DNA from: Octopus vulgaris
Lineage: Eukaryota
Assembly (NCBI GenBank): GCA_951406725.2
Contig: OX597831.1
Span: 27,652,001 to 27,716,000 of the forward strand
Direction: 5' to 3'
Length of the DNA: 64,000 nt
A program made the translations under genes and the position numbers. The notes under the pieces were generated by a model. The model worked only from the letters and a program-made list of their open reading frames with translations, was not told the DNA's origin and searched no databases. Shown in pieces: positions 13,516 to 23,989 of this stretch (position 1 is its first letter; the number at the start of each line of letters is the position of its first letter).

Positions 13516-13897
13516 TGGAAGCACTCCGTCGGTTACGACGACGAGGGTTCCGGTTGATCCGATCAACGGAACAGCCTGCTCGTGAAATTAATGTGTAAGT
13601 GGCTGAGCACTCCACAGACACGTGTACCCTTAACGTAATTCTCGGGGATATTCAGCGTGACATAGAGAGTGACAAGGCCGGGCCTTTGAAATACAGGTAC
13701 AACAGAAAGAAGAAGTAAGAGTGAGAGAAAGTTGTGGTGAAAGAGTACAGCAGGGAACATCACCATCCCTGCCGGAGCCTCGTGGAGCTTTAGGTGTTTT
13801 CGCTCAATAAACACTCACAACGCCCAGTCTGGGAATCGAAACCGCGATCCTACGACCGCGAGTCCGCTGCCCTAACCACTGGGCCATTGCGCCTCCA
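13516..13897 (-). mobile_element. tRNA(Arg)-like SINE family B
   Basis: Head gtggaggcgcaatggcccagtggttagggcagcggactcgcggtcg...ggtttcgattccc and tail cgtcgtaaccgacggagtgcttcca. Inserted in the left TIR of the DNA element. Confidence 0.9.
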
Positions 13898-14226
13898 CCA
13901 ACGGATGTGTATTCGGTGGAAGAAAGCTACTGCTTTTTGCGATAGTAATCGAAGAGGAACAACTTCCGGGTTATCTCTACTAAATGTCACCACGAGCCCG
14001 CAGCTAGCGTTTTTGTTGTTGACGTATATGTAGTTTCAAAATTCCTTATTTTACAACTACAAGGTGTATTGTTTTTGTCGTGATTTTATTTTACTATAAT
14101 CAAGAACAAACACATTTCGTCAATATAAAAGTCTTTATTGGATAAAAAAAATAACTTTATCAAAATATGAAGGTAAAACAAAACAAATAGCACAGGAGTG
14201 TCTGTGTGGTAAGTAGCTTCTTACCA

Positions 14227-16305
14227 GACAGACGTGCTGTTTTTTGCTCCGGCAAATGTCACGTGTTAACGTGAATTATTGAACATTTTACGGCAACAGG
14301 TAGGACATTTTGGATATTTTTGGAAGCATAGTGAGGTTTATTGCTTGCCGTTAATACTTTTTTGGCATTAATGTTAATTAGTGTTAACACTTTTCTGCGC
14401 GTAATAAGCTTCACTGTGCTTCGGATGTATTTGTTCTGCCTGTTGGCGTATTTATTGTCTCACCTTTTAGTGAGAATTGTGTATTTTGAAAGAGGCATAG
14501 CCCCTCCTCAAAAATTAATTTGTTCGCTTGGATTTACCACGGAGAACCAATTGTGCTTGGATTTACCACGGAGAACCAATTGTGCTTGGATTTACCACGG
14601 AGAACCAAGTGTGCTGCAACTAGGAGTACCCTGTTTCGTGAGGATTACCAGTTGCAGAACTGTGTTGCCATTATTTGAACTGTCTTCCTTCGTCCTTTTC
14701 TCTGTTCTGTCTTTCTGTTCTGTCATTGTGTTTTTTTCTTATTGGACTTTGAACTTTTAGTTGAACTTTTTTCAAAATCATGGCAACAAAAGAAACCACT
14801 GCTTTGGAATGGGAGGTTGTCCCACCCAAGCAGTGGATTGAAAGTCTTGAGAAGAGGACGGTGGTCCTACGAACCTATACTAGGTCGCGTGGAGCTATCG
14901 CCCTCTTCGACAGGAGCACCATAGAGAAAGAGTTGGGGTACCACCTACCAACGATAAAGTTTATTTCTCGGGGGAGTAAATTTGCAACGGTGTGGTTGCT
15001 GTTTGGTACCCCCGAGGAAGCTAGCAGATTTGCTAGCGAGCCACTGGAGGGAGAGGAAATTTTGTTCCTCCCCTCGTATTGTGGCAGAAAAGTAAAAAGA
15101 GCCTGGGTTTGTGGGCTGCCCCCGGGCACGGAGGCGGAATGGATCGAGAAAACCATCCGGCGAGGCCTGGGGGATAGCGGACCCAGGCTACTGAGTGTGA
15201 AAATGGCTCCCGCGGTCGCCTGGGAGGGGTCAAAGGCAACTTTGACCCTGTGGACACCGGTGGCCGTGGGAGAAATGAAATTCCCGGACTTCCTGAAAAT
15301 GGCTGGGCACAGGTACCCGGTGATACTCGAGGGACGCCCCCCCCAAGTGTCACCTGTGCCTGAAGCCCGGATATATCAAGAGGAATTGTCCCGGGGGCCG
15401 TTGTGGTGCCCCGGAGCATGAAGGGGAAAAGGCGCCCGCCGCCCCCTCATTGGAGGGGGAGACGGTGGAAGTCGTGGAGGAGGTTGCCTCCACGAAAAGA
15501 AAGAGACAGGCGAGCAACAATGGCTGCTCGCCAAAGAACGCTCAGGTGGCGGAGGGGGATAGCGATCCCCGTGTCTGGTGACGGAGTCCCCTGGGTCAGC
15601 AGTCTCCCCCAAAAGAAGGAGGAGAAAAAGAAAGAAAGGTCGGGCGGATGATATCCATGAGCCGCAGACGTTGGCGGGAACTGTGCCGCCAACGAAAGAA
15701 CTGAACGTATTGGTCCTCTTCTATAGAGGAGGAGAAATTGAAAAAAAATGATGGAAGAGTACCACAAGGGAGCTCCTTTAGCCTTCACACAGGACCCCGA
15801 ATGGCCTCCGCAGATAGCTGTGGAGGCCGTGGCGTTCGAAGTGACGCTTGGGCTAAAGGAGCTCAATGAAGATTATAGCTTGGTTCCGGGCGACGCGAAC
15901 CCGGAACTTGATTACGTTCTGAGGGATGCGTGTATGATGGTGGAGGGCGCGGGCACAAGCTATTTCGAGGACGATATGTAATTATTGAACTGTTAGTATT
16001 AATAATGAACTGCTAAGTCCAAAAATTGGAAAATTGAAAGAGGTTTAATACCTCGTTTTGCATTTTTATTAATAATGGACTGCTAAGTCCAAAAATTGGA
16101 AAAATTGTAAGAGGTTTAACACCTCGTTTTGTGTTTATCTTTAAAAAGAACAATGTTTTAGAGAAGCGAAAGTCGGCGGGCGCTTTTTGTCTTCTCCCAC
16201 CCTTATCATCTGTCTTTCATTATCATTCACTTCATTAATGTCCTCGTCCAGCCCGCAAAGCTAACTTAATCTGTGTACTGCCTTTATGGCAAATGTTTTG
16301 AAATA
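14227..16305 (+). mobile_element. ORF1-only non-LTR (Tx1/L1-like) element
   Basis: GC-rich ORF from 14780. A frameshift in a C8 run (15337-15344) restores the zinc knuckle CHLCLKPGYIKRNC. Ends in AATAAA, is flanked by duplicated AAGTAGCTT, and shows no RT or endonuclease ORF. Confidence 0.7.
14780..15981 (+). pseudogene. Disrupted gag-like ORF1 with a CX2CX4(H>Y)X4C knuckle
   Basis: MATKETTALEW...KVKRAWVCGLPP...RYPVILEGRPP / KCHLCLKPGYIKRNCP, continuing through frameshifts to ...TSYFEDDM* at 15981. Confidence 0.65.
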
Positions 16306-16454
16306 AAGTAGCTTGCTAACCAACCACATGGTTCCGGGTTCAGTCCCACTGCGTGGCATCTTGGGCAAGTGTCTTCTGCTATAGCCCCGGGCCGACCAAT
16401 GCCTTGTGAGTGGATTTGGTAGACGCAAACTGAAAGAAGCCTGTCGTATATATG

Positions 16455-16485
<31 letters not shown>

Positions 16486-16700
16486 TTGTGTGTCTGTGTT
16501 TGTCCCCCTAGCATTGCTTGACAACCGATGCTTGTGTGTTTACGTCCCCGTCACTTAGCGGTTCGGCAAAAGAGACCGATAGAATAAGTACTGGGCTTAC
16601 AAAGAATAAGTCCCGGGGTCGATTTGCTCGACTAAAGGCGGTGCTCCAGCATGGCCGCAGTCAAATGACTGAAACAAGTAAAAGAGTAAAGAGTAAAAGA
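16306..16700 (+). mobile_element. SINE family A body; its head is split off at 14189-14226 by the ORF1 element
   Basis: Continues the consensus exactly from aagtagcttgctaaccaaccacatgg. Other plus copies: 29798-30490, 38465-38650, 42225-42390, 52545-52905. Confidence 0.88.
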
Positions 16701-17165
16701 GTTATACACCGGAAAATACGGTAATTGTAGTGGCAGAGACAAGTTCGCTCGCTGGTTGCTAGTCGATAGTTTAGAAGGGAGGGAAAGAGTAAGGAATGCA
16801 TGGTGATGAATAGAAAGGAAGAAAGGATAAAGGTGGCATCGTCTTCGCACACCATACGAATAGAACACAGTGGTGACATTTAGTAGAGATGACCCGGAAG
16901 TTGTTCCTCTTCGATTACTGTCGCAAGCAGCAGTGGTTTTCTTCAACCGAATACACAAATACAACACGAAATAACTTCTAAAATACGAAATTTTGTCAAA
17001 AACGTTCAGAGTAAACCGTGTTCTGCGTGAGAAATTCTACCAGTATTCGAAGTTTCAAACAGTTTAGTTAAAAATAATTAATTTAAATATCTGTGATTGA
17101 GATGGAATAGATCCTAGTTAGCAATATAGATAAGTAGGAAGGGACGTAGGTTAGATAGATAGATA

Positions 17166-17218
<53 letters not shown>

Positions 17219-17444
17219 ATTGATTGATCGACAGATAAATTGATGAATAAATAGGTAGAAAAATAGATAGGCGGACAGACTGACAAAAAGTATGGTGAAT
17301 GAACTAAAGGATACATAAAGTGATGCATAAAATGAAAGTTAAAACGGGTGTTAAGGAAGTGAGAGAATGAATCAGTGGAGTGAGATAAATAGACAGAGCT
17401 ATTTATCTCACTAGAGATAAATAAGATAGATAGAGACAATAAGA

Positions 17445-17840
17445 GATGAAGGGAGAGAGAGGGAGATGGAGAGAGAGAGAGAGAAAGGGAGAGAGAGAGA
17501 AAGGGAGAGAGAGAGAGAGAAAGGAAGGGAGAGAGAGAAAGGAAGGGAGAGAGAGAGAAAGGGAGAGAGAGAGAAAGGAAGGGAGAGAGAGAGAAAGGAA
17601 GAGAGAGAGAGAGAAAGGAAGAGAGAGAGAAAGGGAGAGAGAGAGAAAGGAAGAGAGAGAGAGAAAGGAAGGGAGAAAGAGAGAGAGAAAGGAAGAGAGA
17701 GAGAGAAAGGAAGAGAGAGAGAGAAAGGAAGAGAGAGAGAGAGAGAAAGGAAGAGAGAGAGAGAAAGGAAGAGAGAGAGAGAAAGGAAGAGAGAGAGAGA
17801 AAGGAAGAGAGAGGGGGAAAGGGGGGAGAGAGAGAGAGAG
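17445..17840. repeat. Polypurine (GA)n/GAAAGGAA compound repeat
   Basis: Direct inspection. Confidence 0.95.
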
Positions 17841-17920
17841 ATACTGTTGTAGACCTACGACGTAAAATTCAATCCGTGTTTCGACACCAATGACCCTGTC
17901 TGTGATTTAGTCTATTACAA

Positions 17921-18306
17921 TGGAAGCACTCCGTCGGTTACGACGACGAGGGTTCCGGTCGATCCGAATCAACGGAACAGCCTGCTCGTGAAATTAACGT
18001 GTAAGTGGCTGAGCACTCCACAGACACGTGTACCCTTAACGTAGTTCTCGGGGATATTCAGCGTGACACAGAGAGTGACAAGGCCGGCCCTTTGAAATAC
18101 AGGTACAACAGAAACAGGAAGTAAGAGTGAGAGAAAGTTGTGGTGAAAGAGTACAGCAGGGATCACCACCATCCCCTGCCGGAGCCTCGTGGAACCTTTA
18201 GGTGTTTTCGCTCAATAAACACACACAATGCCCGGTCTGGGAATCGAAACCGCGATCCTATGACCGCGAGTCCGCTGCCCTAACCACTGGGCCATTGCGC
18301 CTCCAC
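17921..18306 (-). mobile_element. SINE family B
   Basis: Full length with TSD AGTCTATTACAA. Further copies at 24970-25369(-), 57907-58209(-) and 62567-62951(-, TSD CACTCAGAGA). Confidence 0.92.
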
Positions 18307-18416
18307 AGTCTATTACAAACGCCTCGTTATTTTTCACATTATGTAATGAAAAACGTTGCCACTTTAGCGTGCTGCCTACCGCAGTATTCGTAGTCTATGC
18401 TGTGAAATGACTTGAT

Positions 18417-18835
18417 CTGGGTTAAGATTAGGGTTAGGGTTAGGGTTTAGTTTGGATGAGGGTTTAGGGCTAGGGTTACAATTAAGATAAGGGTTTAGTA
18501 TTAGGGTTACAATCAGGATAAGGGTTTAGGGTTAGGGTTACAATTAGGATAAGGGGTTAGGGTTAAGTTTAGAGTTAGGGTTAGCGTTACCATTAGGGTT
18601 AAGGTTACGTGTTAGAGTTAGGGTAAGCGTTTAGGACTAAGGTTAGGATTAGGGTTTAGGTTAAGTCTAAGGTTTAGGGTTTAACATTAGGGTTTTGGGT
18701 TAATTTTAGGGCTTAGTGTTTAGGTTAAGTTTAGAATTTAGGGTTAAAATTAGGTTTTAGAGTAAGGGTTTAGGGATTACGGTTAGGGTAAGGCTTTAGT
18801 GTTAGGTTTTAGGGTTAGGCTTAGGATTGGAGATT
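18417..18835 (+). repeat. Degenerate interstitial (TTAGGG)n telomere-like array
   Basis: About 420 bp of TTAGGG/TTTAGGG variants, e.g. ttagggttagggttagggtttag. Confidence 0.85.
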
Positions 18836-19011
18836 AGACTGCTCGCTAAAGTGTAAATGGCCACACAGACCGAACGTTAAAGTGACACCAAAAAGTCAAA
18901 TCGATGTACAAATGACTTGAATATTTAACAGGGTACCGGCAGAGAACAAAATTGTTTAGTTTTAGAGAACTCATCAGAGTTAGATAGTCATAGAATAAAC
19001 TAAATACTCAC

Positions 19012-19173
19012 CATTCCAACAAAGATATTACTTGCTGCTGTGATAGATTCGGCAGGAGTGGTGTCCATACAGAAAGATATCGATCGGCCTAGGACTAAGA
19101 CGATAGCTTGCATAACTCCCAGGTAATACAGCATCGACATAATGGAACTGAAGAATACTATGGTCGGGAATAT
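19012..19173 (-). CDS. SLC28A3: SLC28/CNT exon (gate domain)
   Basis: Acceptor gctgtttcAG; IFPTIVFFSSIMSMLYYLGVMQAIVLVLGRSISFCMDTTPAESITAASNIFVGM; donor G|GTGAGT; 162 nt. Confidence 0.96.
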
Positions 19174-20091
19174 CTGAAACAGCAACAGTATTACATGTAC
19201 TCGGGTGTATGTGTATGTTTATGTGTATACACATATATCATTTAATAAGCACAGGATTCAAATGGGAGCCACTATGAGTTTTATGCTCTGATAGTACAGT
19301 ACTCGGACAATTTCGTTCATTGTTTTAGGTGGCAATGAAGTCAACGAACAGACATTGGCTTCCTTTCTATTATCCCACCTCGACCCAGCAGAATATCCAG
19401 GACGTAAGAGCTCGAAGGGGGCAGATTTGCGCCAACAACGGGCTGGCACTCATTCCATAAAAGCATTCTCTGGTGCAGTGTCAAATGAAGTGCCTTGCTC
19501 AAGGACACACACAATGCGCTGTCTACTCAAGGAATTGAACCAATGACCTTATGATTGTGAAATTAAAACCCTAACCACTAAGCCACTTAAATTCACTACA
19601 TACATACGTGCATATATACATACTTATATACATACATACATACATACATGCATAGATAATACATACATACATACAAATATACACATATATATGATACATT
19701 CATAAATACATATAAACACACATATATCCCATACATATACACACATATAAATACATATATTCACACACACATACCTAAGTATATATACACATACGCATAC
19801 ATACATACATGCATGCATGCATACATGCTATCCAGGATCCGTGGAAAGTGTTGTCTGCATCAATAGAAGTTATTTCACAAGACTTCACAGTTAATAGATG
19901 GTAGTAAATTAGAGTGAGGTGATTAAATAGGAGGAATGAAAATTCAACGTTTCGGACAAAAGTACTTCCTCAGTGACAAAACCAAATTACTTGGTTATTA
20001 GCAATCTCGACAGTAACAACACAATTTCATTTTATTTCTCTCTGAAGAAGAATAAATATCGAAACGCTTGATTTTTTTTACACTTAACAGC

Positions 20092-20167
<76 letters not shown>

Positions 20168-20205
20168 TATGGTGTTGCAAACAGGAAAAATAGAACTCAA
20201 AGTGT

Positions 20206-20617
20206 GAGTATATGTATATTTCTAAATAAGAATAGAGAACTATACATCTTCAAAAACTTTTTTATTATAATATTATATACAATACATTCGCTTTAAATCT
20301 CAGTACGACACGTTTTTTTGCTGTACAAATGTCCTAAAATGCGGCATCGAGTTGCATTCTGTTGGTTCATCCAAAGTATACGCATCAGTATCGCTTTTTC
20401 CAAGGTAGTATCCTTACGGGTTTGCGTATACCCCGGATGAACTCATAATGCAAATGAACCAACAGGATGCAACTGGAATACACTTTTTAGGGTTTCTATG
20501 CAGCAGAAACACATGTCGAACGGAGAGGTGAATGTAGTGTATATAGTACTATAATAAACAGGTTTTTGAGTATGTATAATTCTCTATTCTTATTTATAGT
20601 ACGTTGAATATACACTC
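20206..20617. mobile_element. Palindromic MITE-like element
   Basis: Imperfect long inverted arms (aaataagaatagagaactatacat / atgtataattctctattcttattt; gttgcattctgttggttcat / atgaaccaacaggatgcaac). Confidence 0.6.
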
Positions 20618-20814
20618 TATATACAGTATAAAATCCAAAGAAGCAGACTCAGGATTTATCCATCGGGTGAAATACTGTGCAATTGTTTACCTTAAACAAT
20701 TTTCCGTTGTTCCATATCTTTCGATGTGGTTGACCAGAACCTGGATTATAACAGAGTATTTGTAAGGTACCTACTGGAATACAAAATCCCTTACACCTTT
20801 ACGTTATATATATA

Positions 20815-21197
20815 TCTCTTTCTATATAAACGGCAGTTTGTCTGTGCGTGTTTCTGTGTGTCTGTTTGCTTGTACCCTCACCCTGACCACGGCTTTCAAC
20901 CGATTCTGATGAAACTTGACACACACATAGCCCAATGTCATAATTCAAAACTAACGCAGCGAAAATTTTGAAAAGTTCCCTCAGTTCTGAAAAAAATCGA
21001 TAAATTCGACATGGGGTCGAGAATCAGAAACACAAACCACAAACTGTCTAGGGGACGCAACTCCACCTTTTTTAAATCTCAAAAAAAATTTACCATCATT
21101 TTTTCCCATTTTTTTGCTATTTTTGGGCTATAACTCTCAAAAATGCTTTATAGTTATTTCCCTTACAAACCTGAGCAACGCCGGGCGATACTGCTAG
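20815..21197 (+). mobile_element. Non-autonomous Helitron (different 5' body, same 3' end as the 9932 copy)
   Basis: 5' TC, 3' gttatttcccttacaaacctgagcaacgccgggcgatactgCTAG|t. Confidence 0.85.
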
Positions 21198-21315
21198 TAT
21201 ATCTATAACTACTGTTTATACATCGTTCAGAGATTTATTAATGCTTGTTTACACATTTTCGAGATCAGTGACTTTTCGTCACTGGAAAAAGGATATATGT
21301 ATCTGCATTGGGACC

Positions 21316-21413
21316 CCTTCGCATCGAAGACCGGTGATTGCCGTGCGCTGACGACGGGTAAATACCCAGAAACCCGGGTCCGCGCGTATCACGTCAGGTC
21401 GACGATGGGAAGG
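21316..21413 (+). ncRNA. Type I hammerhead ribozyme motif with long extended stem I
   Basis: CGTGCG-CTGACGA-CGGGTAAATACCCA-GAA-ACCCGGGT-C-CGCGCG. Stem I extends via GTGAT/ATCAC, GACC/GGTC, CATCG/CGATG and CCTTC/GAAGG. GUC triplet at 21378-21380. Confidence 0.8.
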
Positions 21414-21553
21414 ATGGCTTCCCATTGCAAATACTGATAGGGCACAGAAAGTGTGTCAATAGCCAACCGGAGAAGATGTTCTCCTGGGGCTACAAGCTAC
21501 AGTAGCATCCACCCTTAGTGGTTAGCTACATTTAAGTGGCAAATTTACTTCAC

Positions 21554-21604
<51 letters not shown>

Positions 21605-23779
21605 CATAGGAAAAATGGAAGTTGAAAATGCACTGAGATATATTTTATTAATATATTTAAAGCATTAACCGGTTTCACAGTTTGACAATGTTTGGCATCG
21701 TAAGTTAAGGCTGACACATAAGTAAGACTGACAATGTTTGGTGCCGTAAGTTAAGGCTGGTAACTAAACATGTTCACTCAACCGTGTCGGCCTTCTTTTT
21801 AGGCGCAAAATATACTGTTGCGAGACACCAACGCACGGACGTAGCGGGAAACGTACAAAAGGTTATAAACTTAATCATGTGTTCATTCTCTACAAACACT
21901 TGACAGAAAACGTTCAGAGCATTGATTGTTTGGATATGTTCAGTCAACCGTGTCAGGTTTAACTTACGACGCCAAACATGGTTATTTGATTCTAATACAC
22001 GGACGTAGCGGGGAACCGCCAAAAATTTCTAAGACCAGTCATGTGACTATCCTCTATCAACCAAATCCTATTCAAAACATATACTAATTTGAGCCATGAA
22101 CTTCTTATAAAAATAGGGCAAGCTTCAAAAACAATAGTCAGAAGCAAAACATCTGCGACATAAGCCACATCTTTCCATTTTAACTCTTTGAAAATCCGTG
22201 TAAACTGTGAAACCGGTTAAAGCTTTAAATATATTAATAAAAAATATTTTAACTATCCTCAGTGCATTTTCAACTTCAATTTTTCCTACATTTCTACCCG
22301 AGTGGAATAAAATAATTTTGTTATATATATATGTATATATAGGTTCGCATGGAGGAGATGTAAACGGCACCCTTCCCCCATTAATTTTTTTTTACAGAAT
22401 CCCACGTTTTAGGCTATGGAATTTCCGATTCTGAAAATTTTTTTAAGAAATCACAACTTCAAAAAAAAAAAAAAAATGAATTTACTACGAAGAAAAACTT
22501 TCAGAATTTCTATACATCTATTTTTCGAACATATGTCCCTGTTTCATCCACTCCACGTTACGGAGGCAAGGACAAGACGTGACTTCATTGAAACAGTCCT
22601 TCCCGCAAATCAAATTAAATAGAAACGAGACATACAACATAAAGAATATTCCCCTTATTCAGTTGTCCCTGTTTCAGGGACAACTGAATAAGGGGAATAT
22701 TCTTTATGTTGTATGTCTCGTTTCTCTGTTTTTTTCGTTGTTCGAAAAAAAGGTCGTTTCCATGTTTTTGTTTTCGTTTCTCATTGTGTTTCACGTTTTT
22801 TTGATGTCCTGTACCCATATATGCATGTATATATATACATATATATGTGGGTATGTACATATATGTATGATTATATGCTTATATTTATATATTATTTATA
22901 TTGTTATATGATCGAATGTCACACATCCTTTTCCAAGTAAGTTTTACCTGTCTGTCTGTCTGTCTATCTATATATATATATATCTATATATATATATACT
23001 CTTTTACTTGTTTCAGTCATGTGACTGTGGCCTTGCTGGAGCACCGCCTTTAGTCGAGCAAATCGACCTCAGGACTTATTCTTTGTAAGCCTAGTACTTA
23101 TTCTATCCGTCTCTTTAAGTTACGGGGACGTAAACACACCAGCATCGGTTGTCAAGCGATGTTGGAGTGGGGGACAAACACAGACACACAAACATATACA
23201 CACACATACATACATATATACGAGGGGCTTCTTTAGGCTTCCGTCTACCAAATCCACTCAAGGCTTTGGTCGGCCCGAGGCTATAGTAGAAGACACTTGC
23301 CCAAGGTGCCACGCAGTGGGACTGAACCAAGAACCATATGGTTGGTAAGCAAGCTACTTACCACACAGACACTCTTGCGCCTATATATATATATATATAT
23401 TTACACACACACACATATATGTAAATATATACGTTAAATATTTACGTTGTATGTATGTATATATATATATATTATTTATATATATATATAGGTATCATTG
23501 GCAAGCGTATATATATATATGGGGGGGGGGGGGGTAATTGTATATATATGAACGTGTGCGCACGTGCACGTGTATATGTGCATGTGTGTATGTGTGCGGG
23601 GGGTGTATTCGCGTACGTGTGTATATGTTTACGCAAATGCCGCCAGAGGCACTGGCACAATCGATTAACAGCTCGGGGGCCACTACAACGCCGCCGCCGC
23701 TGCCCACCACCACCATGCACATTACAACCATCGCCTCTACGACAACAACAACAACAACAACAACAATCTACACACTTAC

Positions 23780-23971
23780 CTTAAAGGCCATCAGATGATC
23801 TTCGTATTTTGCTCCGAACACGAATTCTGCTCCCTTATCACTGTGGGTGAGGAAATCGGAGACTTGCTCCCCCAAAAACTCGAACGCATCGTAGCCGGCC
23901 TGGGTTCGAATGATTATGATGGCCATGATCAGCTGAATCATTAGGCCCCAGAACACTGTGTACCACTTGAC
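23780..23971 (-). CDS. SLC28A3: SLC28/CNT exon
   Basis: Acceptor ttctatttctgcAG; VKWYTVFWGLMIQLIMAIIIIRTQAGYDAFEFLGEQVSDFLTHSDKGAEFVFGAKYEDHLMAFK; donor AG|GTAAGT; 192 nt. Carries the CNT motifs W.TV.WG...Q and G..FVFG. Confidence 0.95.
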
Positions 23972-23989
23972 CTGCAGAAATAGAAAACA

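Larger units (their letters stand above)
13319..17114. mobile_element. Long-TIR DNA transposon derivative carrying nested insertions
   Basis: Ends GGATCTATTCCATCTCAATCACAGA and TCTGTGATTGAGATGGAATAGATCC. Imperfect TIRs of about 250 bp (13319-13513 plus 13900-13993, versus 16870-17114). 8-bp TSD TAGTTAGC at 13311-13318 and 17115-17122. Confidence 0.85.

Noticed and set aside
13563-13814. Recurrent near-identical ORFs (MFIERKHLKLHEAPAG..., MSSDVRGTNT...) suggesting a gene family
   Set aside because: Incidental reading frames within multicopy SINEs.
14526-14612. Three 29-bp direct repeats resembling a CRISPR array
   Set aside because: Head-to-tail with no spacers, eukaryotic context and no cas genes; they are retroelement 5' UTR repeats.
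17446-17865. Arg/Glu-rich ORFs
   Set aside because: Polypurine (GA)n repeat.
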